Positions 1 through 10,690 of a stretch of 64,000 bases of DNA are shown one piece after another (the stretch's first letter is position 1; every line of letters begins with the position of its first letter). Position numbers and translations under genes: made by a program. The DNA comes from Camelus dromedarius. Its lineage: Eukaryota. The stretch spans positions 11,968,001 to 12,032,000 of the forward strand of contig NC_087438.1 of the NCBI RefSeq assembly GCF_036321535.1, given 5' to 3'. The notes under the pieces were generated by a model. It saw only the letters and a list, made by a program, of their open reading frames with translations. It was not told the DNA's origin and did not search any database.

Positions 1-156
1 GCCTGGGACCACTGTCCAGCTGTTCCTTTTTTCTCCTGAGCTCAGTGGGCAAGCCAAGGCTTAATTCATCTTCATCATTTGTTCCCGTGCCATTTTCTAG
101 AGAGGGAAAATCTGAAAGGTCTCGAGAGAAAACTTCCTCACTAGGTCGGTCGAGAT
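1..156 (-). CDS. RETREG1: RETREG1/FAM134B last coding exon (exon 9), 5' part; continues beyond window start
   Basis: Acceptor ...ccttcacAG (158-157). Phase-1 translation (D)[51 protein letters not shown] matches the remembered FAM134B C-terminal disordered region. The LIR motif lies outside the window. Confidence 0.96.
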
Positions 157-933
157 CTGTGAAGGTCGAGAACAGAAGTTTATACTTAAGCACCGAAATA
201 CACTGGAAATAAGAGCGCTGTCTGCAAGATCCCTGACTTGGGTCCGAATCCTCTGGGCAACCCTGGTGTTCAGCTAGCCTCCTGGCTCAGCTTCAGTCAT
301 CTTAATCACACATCGGACCTCTCCCCCAACTGGGATACTGTCTCTCCACACGTACACAAACACGACATTCCCCCGTGTTCTTAGTTTTCCTCTTAAACAC
401 AAATGCTGATGACTTACAATTAACCTATCTTAACATCAGCTGAGGCTCTGACTAGAGTTTTAAATATTCACCGAAATTTCATCTTGCTCTTGGGGAGGGA
501 ATTTGTTCTTAAGCCAATGTGAATGTGTATCATCTAAAATTTAAAAATTTTTAGTCGGACGTTTTCATAGGTTTTGGTCCAGCAGATGGTGAGTATCACC
601 CAGCCTTCGCATTTTCATTCATGGAAATCTGAGTAACTGTAACTGTGTTTGTTTAAAGCAGTGAATTAAAAGAAGCTATTGCTCCTTCTGTTCCATATTC
701 AACCTAAGAGCTTATGGAAACATCTGGATTTCCATGAATACAGCTGTACCTAACCATACCACTTTAACCAAACTCAGGTCTTGAACATATATAGAAACAC
801 TTGAAGATTTGGGATATCTGAAAGCAATGTCAGGTTAGTAGGTAGATGGTGATTTTATTGCTTTTCACTTTTCACAGAAAATCAGTATAACAGTTAACTC
901 TTTATAACAGAGATTTGAATTCTTCAGGTTAAC

Positions 934-1073
934 TTTGTTTTTTTTGGGGGGGGGGGTAGGGCAGGAGGTAATTAGGTTTGTTTATTTGCTTATTTTAATG
1001 GAGGTACTGGGGATTGAACCCAGGACCTTGTGCATGCTAAGCACACGCTCTACCACTGAGCTGTACCCTCCCC
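934..1073 (-). mobile_element. tRNA-derived camelid SINE (Vic-1-like)
   Basis: Minus strand reads GGGGAGGGTACAGCTCAGTGGTAGAG...GGTTCAATCCCCAGTACC (A and B boxes). TSD GAATTCTTCAG(G/T)TTAA at 917-932 and 1074-1089. Confidence 0.9.
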
Positions 1074-1234
1074 GAATTCTTCAGTTTAAGTAATGAAAGC
1101 CTTCTACATGGATGCGATTATCTTTGCTCCTTTTGTGTAAATCTGAGATGGGGGGCTTAAGAACAGAGGGTTTGTTATTTATCCTGGTCTCGTAGACATT
1201 TTCAACTTAAAGAGCTTGAGAAGACTTCAGTGAT

Positions 1235-1365
1235 CCTCTTGTTCTAATGTACTTTAAAGATGAGGAAATTGAGGTCCACAGAAATTATGTCATTTGTTCA
1301 AGGTCATACAGTAAGTTAATGGCAAAAGCAAGGCTACACTTGGGTCTCCCAATCTCTGAATCTGT
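1235..1365 (-). mobile_element. MIR SINE fragment
   Basis: AGATGAGGAAATTGAGG...CAAGGTCATACAG core motif. Confidence 0.7.
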
Positions 1366-1894
1366 ATTTTTTCAAGACTACACGGCCTTCCCCCTTCCTC
1401 AAGGAAAAGAAAGTGTGTTCTTGCTTGTAAAAATATATACAAAGCAATTTATTCATAATCCTCCATTATAATCTGTTTATATTTTCAGTATATTTTTCAG
1501 TACATTAAAATGACTTGAAATAATCCAATGAGACTAGCAAAAGTTAAGTTACTGCATAAGAATTGTCTCAAATTTCACTTTAAATTGTATTTAACCTAAT
1601 TTTTAAAAAGAAAATTAAAAAAAAAAACTAACTTGGAAGAAAAACATGAGAAAGCCTGGAGTCAGCTTTGGATTCAGGAAACCTGCCCTCCCTGCACCGT
1701 CCCTCTGACCAAGGACCAGCCCTGAACACGCGGGATTAGCTTCTGTCCTCGCCGCTCCCATTACTGCTATCAGTAATGCCACCCGACATTCCAGAAGTTA
1801 ATTTTTTTTCACCATCAATTATTTGTTTCCAAAATAAAGGCAGGTTTGGACATTGACTGGCTTAGAGTTTTTCTCTCATACTCTTAAAAAGAAG

Positions 1895-2295
1895 ATGGCT
1901 TTTGAGATATAATTCATATACTATAAAATTTACCCTTTTAAAGTGTACAATGAAGTGGTTTTTAATATATTCACAAAGCTGTTACAACCGCAGCACTATG
2001 TAATTCTAGAACATTTTCATCATCCAAAGAGGAACATATTCATTACCAGTCACCCACCACCCGCTTTTGCCTCAGCCCCTGGCAGTCACTAATCTTCTTC
2101 CCATCATATGGATTTGCCTGTTCTGGACGTTCCATATAAATGGAATTACATAATGTGTGGACTTGGGTGTCTGGCTTCTTGCACTAGCATAACGTGTTCA
2201 AGGTTCATCCGTGTTGTCAAAGTGTCAGTTCTTCATTTTTATAGCCAAGTGATATTCCATTGTGTAAATATCCCACACTGTCCATTCAGCAATTG
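1895..2295 (-). mobile_element. Old L1 (L1MB-like) 3' end fragment
   Basis: TTGAGATATAATTCATATACTATAAAATTTACCCTTTTAAAGTGTACAA...TCTGGCTTCTT...GTTCAAGGTTCATCC, typical antisense L1M 3' UTR. Confidence 0.8.
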
Positions 2296-2364
2296 ACAAA
2301 GTTAAAATACTTTTGCACGCACTCATAATAACAAGAATCAGAGCACCTAGGAGCATGGGCATAC

Positions 2365-2491
2365 CGTCAGAAGTGTCGGTCTGAGGAGTGTAGCCTTCTG
2401 AAAGGTTGAAGGTCCCATTGTCCGTCCAGGTGACCTCGGACACGTCTGTGTCAGACACAGACAACTCTTTGGCGGCAGTCGTGAGGCTAAT
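2365..2491 (-). CDS. RETREG1: RETREG1 exon 8 (127 bp)
   Basis: ttaacacAG|ATTAGC...TCTGACG|GTatgc; encodes [42 protein letters not shown]; phase 0 in, phase 1 out, matching neighbours. Confidence 0.97.
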
Positions 2492-2728
2492 CTGTGTTAA
2501 TACAAATACCAGTGACACAGTTTTAAACTTCTGCCGCAAATCTTTTGAAAAGATCCAACTAACACCAAAAATGTCAGAATAATAAACACCAGATGGGTAT
2601 TTTCCTTTCGATATTGTTCAATCATCTTAGACAAATAGGAGGAGTCTATTAAAATCATTCCAGTTTTGCAATACATAAACTTACAGTCAAACCACACAGG
2701 AACAAGTGGAAAACGAAACAAAAAATAC

Positions 2729-2793
2729 CTTAGGACAAAGAGCGGAAAAGTCTAATTCACTATCATCTTTGTGACTTTTTTCTTTATCTGCTT
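2729..2793 (-). CDS. RETREG1: RETREG1 exon 7 (65 bp)
   Basis: tcaacAG|AAGCAG...CCTAAG|GTattt; encodes (E)[21 protein letters not shown]; phase 1 in, phase 0 out. Confidence 0.96.
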
Positions 2794-2961
2794 CTGTTGA
2801 GAAAAAATGGAAGCTTTCAGATTCCTAGACACAGTGTATTTTACCCCTTATATACCCTACCCCATATTCCTCAGATTCTCCAGTGCCTCTGTATAACTGT
2901 TTGCACCTGACAAGCTGCCCATAAGTGCGAATGTTTGGTTTCCAAGCGAAACGGTCCATGT

Positions 2962-3147
2962 CAGTAGTTCACCAAGTGTAGTCCTGGAACCAGCAGCATC
3001 AGCATCACTGGGAACCTTTTAGAAGTGCAAATTCCCTGCCCCCCCCCCCAGGCCAGATGAATCAGAAATTCCGAGGTGGTGCCCAGCAATCTGTGCTTTC
3101 ATACGCTCTGGAGATGATTCGGATGCTCACTATAGTTTGCGAATCTA
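2962..3147. mobile_element. MER5A-like hAT-Charlie DNA transposon
   Basis: CCAGCAGCATCAGCATCACTGGGAAC...AGAAGTGCAAATT...GAATCAGAAA...GCCCAGCAATCTGTG. Confidence 0.8.
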
Positions 3148-3550
3148 TAAGGTCATAAGCCAAGTGAAAAAGTGAAAAAGGACCACATTACTTTTCCCTC
3201 TGTTTTCTTTGCCTTCCTCTTAAATGGCTCCCACACTCAGCACTACCTGTATCATGTGTTATTTCCATGAGTCCACCCAAAGGAAAACAATTTAGAGGAC
3301 GTGAATAGTAAATAGCAAACAGAACTGTTGAAGCCCTTTCTCCCTCCCCTGGCAAAGCTGATCAAAAAGTCAATTTTCTGTATGTTTGAGAAAAAAATTA
3401 AAGCTTAAATAGGAAAAGGCTAGGGATTTGCTCCTGTAATATGTAGTAAAAGACTGAAACACCCTGAAATGTATTAAAGGTGATTTCATAATAAATAGCC
3501 AACTGATGTCTCATCTCACGCGTGGAATCCAGAATTCAAATGTTACCTAC

Positions 3551-3688
3551 CGGCTCTCTCGCGTTTCTTCTGGTTAATATATTCTCTGATTCCAAAATCT
3601 AGTTTCAGCAGAAATGACTTGATTTTGCTGTATATTTTTTGTCCAATATCATTACACTTTAACAGTGGGCACAAAAATGCACACAGTA
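3551..3688 (-). CDS. RETREG1: RETREG1 exon 6 (138 bp), end of the reticulon-homology domain and amphipathic helix
   Basis: tttcAG|TACTGT...GAGCCG|GTaggt; encodes (L)[45 protein letters not shown]; phase 1/1. Confidence 0.96.
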
Positions 3689-3874
3689 CTGAAATACAAA
3701 GAAGAAGAGAATTTAGGGAGACTGACCTTTTTTTCAAAAGGCTACATCTTAGTATTTCTCAAAAATATTTTGGTTCCCTTACTGACCGATAGGTGTTTTT
3801 TCTTAGGGAAATGCCTCTGTGAAATAAATTCATAGTTTCTATTCTTCCCTTTGCAATGGAAACATTTTCTCCTG

Positions 3875-3878
3875 CACA

Positions 3879-3917
<39 letters not shown>
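3875..3917. repeat. (CA)n microsatellite
   Basis: Read directly; one TA interruption. Confidence 0.95.
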
Positions 3918-3919
<2 letters not shown>

Positions 3920-3929
3920 ACCCCACTCA

Positions 3930-4370
3930 ACTTGGCTTCTCCCACTCAACTTAATTAGAGATTTATCCAGATTGTTGCATGTATCAATTTTTCAGTGCTG
4001 AGTAGTAATCCATTGTAAGGATATACCACAGTTTGTTTACCCGTATATCCATTGATGGACATATGAATTGTCTTCTGGTTTTGGCTATTACAAATAAAGC
4101 TGCTTATGAACATTTGTGGACAAGTCTCTGTGTAGGTAGATGCTTTCCTTTCTCTTGGGTGGAATACCTGCTGTGGAATGGCTGGGTCACATAGTAGTTT
4201 TTAAGAGTCTACCAAACTGTTACCCAAAATGGTGGTTCCATTCTACCTACCCACCCACAATGCAGGAGCATTGCAGTTGCTCCATATCATTGCTAATACT
4301 TAATACAGTCAGCATTTTCATTTCAGCCATTTTGGTGGGGGTACAATGATGTCTCATTGGGGTTTTAATT
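3930..4370 (-). mobile_element. Old L1M fragment
   Basis: CATTGATGGACAT...TTTTGGCTATTACAAATAAAGCTGC...GGAATGGCTGGGTCA, antisense L1 ORF2 end/3' UTR. Confidence 0.8.
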
Positions 4371-4697
4371 ATTTTTTCAGCTGCAGATCATGTACAAGGG
4401 GAAAAGTACTAGTGTGCTTGTCGGGGGTGGAGAATATAGCTTACTTATAGTTTTATTGACATAATTTAAAATTAATCACTTATAACCTTGCTTTTTGACA
4501 GCTATTCTTATAATTTTGAAACAGAAACATGTCTCTAGAATAAAGAGAAACTTTGTACAGCAGGAAATTAAAGAATAATCAACTTGTTTTATAATCAAGA
4601 ACGCATCCCTCCTCTTCAAAACTATGGAAGGTCTTGTCGACCATAAAATGATACCGTATGTGTCACATACATTAGTCCCATGTTCTACTATACTTAC

Positions 4698-4782
4698 ACA
4701 GTAGATAGCTGAGTATAACCCCAGGAATGTAGCTTCCCAAGATCGTAAAAAATGTGCACACACTGCAGACCAGGAGACAAAA
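4698..4782 (-). CDS. RETREG1: RETREG1 exon 5 (85 bp), hydrophobic hairpin of the reticulon-homology domain
   Basis: ttctAG|TTTTGT...CTACTGT|GTaagt; encodes [28 protein letters not shown]; phase 0 in, phase 1 out. Confidence 0.97.
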
Positions 4783-5605
4783 CTAGAAATAACAGAAGTA
4801 ACATGTGACCGTTATGCGTAACACCAAGACGTTTCAGAGCACAGGATACACACACAATTTCTCATCTATATTTGATCTATCATGTTATGGCAAATGTTTT
4901 TCAAACAGTGTTCTTTTGCACTTAAATCTGATTAATGACTGCTGTTTGATCTTAGCCACTTTCACATTCAGTAATAACCATTTCTAGGTTCCTGAAGCTG
5001 ATCTCTGGCATGGAGAATAACGTCTCCCATTAATCACGCCTGCAGCTGTATCACGGACAGTGCAAGAGGCTGGAAGAGTAGTATGTGCCCAGAAACTTCT
5101 TTTTCTCAGGATCACTCACTGAAAACATTGCAGGCCAATAACGAAAGCTGCAAGTTCAAACTACTTCTGTAAGTCCATGGAAGTTCATAAACACAGCAAA
5201 ACATGTTATAGAAATTAGAGGTATTTACATAAACACAATGGTAGTTTGCACAGCTGACAAGCGGCTGGGATAAATCTACTGGCCATGACTACCCTCCTTC
5301 TAACCACATCCATTCCCTCAAGTTGACCCCACTTCTAGGTCGCCTAGAAGCCAATGGCAAACGAAATCAATCCTACAGTGAAATTTGATTATGTTCTTTC
5401 TCTCTGTCAGTTACGGCCAAAAGAATCTTGGTTGTTTTAAGAAATTTAAATATCAAGGCAGAAAAAATCCTCCCATAAAATCTCCACTTCTTTTCCCACA
5501 CTCTGTTCTTAAAAATAAACTATCTTACTTCTTTGCTTTATCTTTAAATTATGGCACTAAATTTAACTGATAAAGAAAATTCATTAAGTGAATTTCAAAA
5601 CCAGT

Positions 5606-5738
5606 GGGGAGGGCATAACTCAAGTGGTAGAGCACATGCTTAGCACATAGGAAGTCCTGGGTTCAGTCCCCAGTACCTCCTCCAAAAATAAGTAAACTTA
5701 ATTACCTTCCCCCAAAATAAAAACCTAAGGAAAAAAGG
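5606..5738 (+). mobile_element. tRNA-derived camelid SINE (Vic-1-like)
   Basis: GGGGAGGGCATAACTCAAGTGGTAGAG...GGTTCAGTCCCCAGTACC with A-rich tail. Perfect 14-bp TSD GAATTTCAAAACCA at 5590-5603 and 5739-5752. Confidence 0.9.
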
Positions 5739-6803
5739 GAATTTCAAAACCACACACGAGGAAAGGAGACCTAAATCTCTGATCAATGATTGATTACAAG
5801 AACCCTCGGGGGGGAGTCTAAAATTCAGATTAATTTTAATTTTTCATTCTTTGGCACAGGGTTAATAAATTCACTAGCAAAAAGGAAAATAGATGAACTT
5901 GTTGGAACAAAATTAAGAGCTATTTCTCAAACATCAGGGGCACTGAAGAATATGGAATTCTAATAGCAAAATGGAAGAGGAAAGACCATAAAAGTTAAAA
6001 GAATAAAGAAAAGCATTACTATATCCAGAATTCAGTTTCACAAAAGGGATTTCATATTATTCGCTAAATTTGTAGCATCACCATCTTAGGCTAATTGACT
6101 TGGGGTGTGTTAATGCCCTCCAATGCAGAAGTTTTAAGTACAGAATCTTCTAAAAATGCATTTAATCATTTCAGTAAAACAAGCATCAAAAGTACAACTC
6201 ACCTCCCCCTACCCCCATGTGGATATCTATTCTAAAAACTGCCTTCAGATTTAAAAAATTTGTCCATATACAATGCTGCAACGTTAATGTGCTCAAAAAT
6301 GTGTCCAAGTATAGTTCTGTTACTCAATACCATTGAAGTTAAGAGATTTCCCGTAACGTGGTACAAAGAGAGGGTAACGCGAAAGTTCCTAGGTTCTTCC
6401 TTCCAACTACAGGTGGACATTCAAGAAACATGACTACAACACTGGAAGGGAGGGAGTGTCCTGATGTCCCTGGACCTCACCTGTGCTATCAAGGTCAGCT
6501 GGAGCCGCCTCTGCACATAAAAATACTACAAATGGGTGCACTTCTCCGCACAGTCCCTTTCAAACCACCCTCGACTTTCCTCCTAGTGGGTTTTCATCTT
6601 AATTGGAAAAATACTCATTTCACTTATATAATCACTATAGATGTTTCTGCCAAAGATTTTCTTTCTTAAGTAAATCATATAAGAATCTCCACTTTTTGGA
6701 CTGAAAGCGAGACTCAGATACCTCCAAAAGCATCCTCCAAGGGCTGTGTGTTCATTTTATCTCCCTTTGACTTCAAAACCAGCCTATCGAGGTTAAATAA
6801 GTG

Positions 6804-7020
6804 TTTTTAATTGAAGCATATTTGATTTACAATGTGTTAGTTTCTGGTATACAGCACAGTGATTTGGTTATACATATATATATTCTTTTTCACTATAGGC
6901 TATTACAAGGTATTGAATATAGTTCCCTGTGCCGTACAGTAGGCCCTTGTTGTTCATCTGTTTTATGTATAGTAGTGTGTATCTGCAAACCCCAAACTCC
7001 TAATTTACCCCTCCCCTTCC
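6804..7020 (-). mobile_element. Cetartiodactyl-type L1 3' end
   Basis: TTGAAGCATATTTGATTTACAATGTGTTAGTTTCTGG...ATAGTTCCCTGTGC; similar copies near 40355 and 55663. Confidence 0.8.
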
Positions 7021-7338
7021 TTTAAAACGAAATTTCCAATAACACATTTTTTTCTCCTTGGTCTGGCTGAGAAGACCAATCGCCATTCATTTTAGTTAAT
7101 AAGCTCCATAAATATATATAAAATAGGAAACCAAGCCAATTGCAAAACATAAGGTTGAGGATTTCCTAGTGCTAACACACTAATATTTCTGGACCTATCA
7201 GTTTTTGTGGCACGGGTTCCCAGTATCTTATACAGAGAACTGGAGAATCCATACAAGCTGATACAATCGGTTAATACGTTGGTTTCCCATTGCACATTTT
7301 AAAGCACACACATCATTCTCCTTTCCTGGAAAACTTGC

Positions 7339-7465
7339 CTTGCCGGGGCTCTGCTGTTTAAAAAGAGACATTTCTTGAAGAAATAGGCTGAAATTCATCC
7401 ATGATTCTGCAATACAGTGGCTGAGCCCAGGTCTCTCATCTGGTTTGGAATTGATAACTTCCCAG
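7339..7465 (-). CDS. RETREG1: RETREG1 exon 4 (127 bp), ending at a GC donor
   Basis: Long pyrimidine tract then tttAG|CTGGGAA...GGCAAG|GCaagt; encodes (S)[42 protein letters not shown]; phase 2 in, phase 0 out. Confidence 0.96.
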
Positions 7466-7509
7466 CTAAAGAGAGAAAAAGAAAAGAAAAAATTGTAACT
7501 GAACTTGGG

Positions 7510-7985
7510 ACGATTCACTCAACATTCTTTATTTCAGCAAATATATATATTGAGCGCCTACTAGTGGTCACATTCCCTGGCTCCGTGACGCTGTGTGACT
7601 TCAGAGATGAACAAGCCAGACACCTGTCTAAGGAAGCACACACAACAAGAGAAGAAACGCAGGCTAAGCACCGAGTTCCACAATGATCTGGTCACAGCGA
7701 AGGAAAAGTCTAGGGGGAGGGCTTTAGGACATCTTCGCTGAAGATGTCACCTGTATGCTGCAATCTGGATTTGCGCTATTTACCATAATGGCTCGGAAGG
7801 GTTCCAGACAGAACCTCACACAGCACATGCAAGAGGCCCTGGCGTGAGGAGGAGCTGGAGCCAGTGTGACAGCAGCAGAGCGGACCAGAGAGTAACTCCG
7901 TAAGAACCTGGGACGGCAGGAAGGGACCTAATCATACGGGGCCTTCTGGGACGTGTAATCATTTTAAACTTAAGGATAGGGAAGC
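7510..7985 (-). mobile_element. L2 LINE 3' fragment (degenerate)
   Basis: ATTCACTCAACA...TTCAGCAAATA...TTGAGCGCCTACTA, typical antisense L2 3' end. Confidence 0.55.
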
Positions 7986-8064
7986 CACAGTACTTTTAAA
8001 GACACCTTGGCTTTAAACTTATCACCATCAACATCATGAACACCAACAAGGCATTTTCAGTATA

Positions 8065-8244
8065 CAGCTGATCCTTGCAAAACACCGCAGTTAATCCGTG
8101 TATAATTTATTGTCAGCCCCTCGTATCTGCGGTTCCTCTGCATCCGCAGATTTAACCAGTGACACACCCTGTAGTATTTACTGAAAAACATCCACTATAT
8201 GTGGATCCATGCAGTTCAAATGCGAGTTGTTCAAGGGTCAACTC
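8065..8244. mobile_element. Tigger2/MER8-like non-autonomous TcMar element
   Basis: Degenerate terminal inverted repeats CAGCTGATCCTTGCAAAAC ... GTTGTTCAAGGGTCAACT, preceded by TA. Confidence 0.75.
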
Positions 8245-10134
8245 CACACTAGGGCTGGTTAACTCAACAGAAAATTGTTAACTCAACAGGATCTCACAAT
8301 ATCCGGCATTTTTCTAGCCTGTCTTTTCCTGATCATCATCATAGAATGTGCTGAACGTGGTGCATGTGCCAGGCGTGTGCTGTGGGTCCCGCCCTCATTT
8401 CTCCACAGGAGTCTCAGTGAACTAAAAACTAGCAGCAGCCGCTCCAGGAAGAAGACATGCAAATACTGGGCCGTTCCTAAAGTTACAATGAAGTCAAGTT
8501 CAAATCCCACCCTTGCAATCCTAGCACATCACCTAAACATACCAGTTCAAACAAGCTCTGTTAAGGGTCCCCAAATTCTTTCATTTCATGGATAATTTTC
8601 AGCGCCTACCACGTGGAAGGCACTGCCACAGAGCTAAGGAAATGACACTAGCTAAACAAACGTGTCTAGTAGAGGACAGAGATCGTTAGTGAAGTGTCAT
8701 CTGAGCTATGACTGCGAGGGCACGGGGCGGGGGGGATCGATCTCCTACCCAGAAATTATGTCCATATAGATTCTGTTTCTTTTTAATAAAGTTTCAACAC
8801 AAAGGTAATTTGTAAATTCAATAATTCAATTTCCTTTTTAATATAAATTTGAAGTTATATTTAAGTAAGTGCAATAGCATTAAAAAAGAAATAAAAAATA
8901 TTTCTTGCCCTGCCTCTTTGTTCTTTCAGCCTTAGCTAGTTCTCTGCCGGAGAGTTTCTGAGCAGCCAGGTGTCCAGGCGGATGCCAGCCCACCAGGCAG
9001 GCACTGGCCAAATGATTTCCTGACTGTGGTAAGAAATGAACTTTCAGGGACGTTTAGCTATAGTTTATGTATTCATTAACTCTACCCACTCTTGAATCAC
9101 TGAGCAAGGCTGTTTACATCAGTGACCAAGTGTAGCCCTGGGTTTGCATATCCTACGAATGATTCCAGACCTATTAAAAGAAACAGTAAGTGTGTGGCTA
9201 GGAGGCCACTATCTGTAACACAGTCTTGCCAGTATGTCAGTTTAATGGGAAAAGATATTGTACAGGAAAGTCAAAGCCAAAATGGTTATTAAACTGTGGC
9301 TTGCTTTCTAGAACAATGTAGACTTGTTATAAATTGTCAAGGGTACACTAGTGTAATGGGACCACAAAGATGACAGAAATGCAGATTTAAATTTCGGTTC
9401 TCTATGCATATTGAGTAGTAATTTAGGATTTGGTTGAACCGTTTGGCAAATATACTTATAACAAAAATCAACAAAAAACTTATAATGGAATGGAACTATT
9501 TGATTATTATTTTAATGATTTCAATGGGATGAATGAACATTTTGTATTTTGACACAAATTTAAAATACACTTTCATTAGGATAATGAACAAATCAAGTGA
9601 GTTGCCTTCAAACAATGGAAGATGGAACAGCAGTGGAAATGAAGGAACTCAGACTCCATGTCTGTACATGAACCTCAGGATCATAAGATTGAGAGGAAAG
9701 AAATCACAGAAGAACAAGACACAGAATGATTTCATTTACATAAAGCTCAAAATCACACTAACAGTTATTAAGCAAGGAAATGATAAAAAAAAAAACCAAA
9801 ACAAAACAAACAAGATTCAGGAGAGGGGTTACCCCAGGTGGGGGGATCCAGGGAGCAAGACTGGAGATGACAAGTAGGAGTTTCTTGGGTATTTGTCACT
9901 TTCTGTTTCTTAAATTAGGTGCCGAATAAACGAAACCTGACTCACCGTCCTTAAAGCTACACATATCTACACACGGATACACAGATGGCCTTTATTTAAA
10001 AACTTGATACTTAAATGTATAGTCATGTTTTTTACTTAATGAATAACATTCTTACATGAGTATATTTCACTTCACATCCTATAGTCAAAATACAAATATT
10101 ACTGAAGTTTTTGCTTCAGTTTATTTCTTTTGTC

Positions 10135-10690
10135 TCCAGCTTTATTGCGATGTAGTTGACAAACAGCACTACGTAAGTTTAAGGTGGATGGCATAATGAT
10201 CTGACGTACACACAGCATGGAAATGATGAGCACAACAAGTTTGGTGATAATCCATCATTTCGCACAGATACAACATTAAAGAAACAGAAAAATACATATT
10301 TTTCCCTGGGATGAGCACTCTGAGGATTTACTCTCTTAACAACTTTCACATATAACATAGAGCAGCGTTCATTGTATTCATCATACTGTGCATTACGTCC
10401 CTAGCACTTATTTAGTTTATAACTAAAAGCTGGTACCTTTTGACTGCCTTCATCCAATTCCCCATCCGCCACCTCTGGTAACCACAAATCTGGTCTGTTT
10501 TTCTATGAGTTTCCTGGTTTGCTTATTTGTTTGTTTTTGAAGCATAATTCACCTACAACACTATGTTAGTTCCTGGTACACAACATAGTGATTTGACATT
10601 TCCATATATTTTTAAATGATCGCCGTGATTGAGTCTAGTGTGTGATCATTCGTCACATACAAAGACATCACACAGTCACTGACTTTCCCC
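10135..10690 (-). mobile_element. L1MA-type 3' end fragment(s)
   Basis: CCAGCTTTATTG...AAGTTTAAGGTG...TTTACTCTCTTAACAACTTTCA...CCTCTGGTAACCAC. Confidence 0.75.

Noticed and set aside
2225..2539. Supplied ORFs overlapping exons (2225-2539, 3543-3737, 7228-7518) as standalone genes
   Set aside because: Only the portions between splice sites match RETREG1; the rest is intron read-through.
5606..5680. tRNA genes at the SINE heads
   Set aside because: A and B boxes are present, but each continues into a SINE body and tail flanked by TSDs, so they are retroposons rather than tRNA genes.
8258..8289. Direct repeat GTTAACTCAACAG x2 (similar short duplications near 3922 and 11074)
   Set aside because: Only two copies with a few bases between them; consistent with ordinary local slippage duplication.
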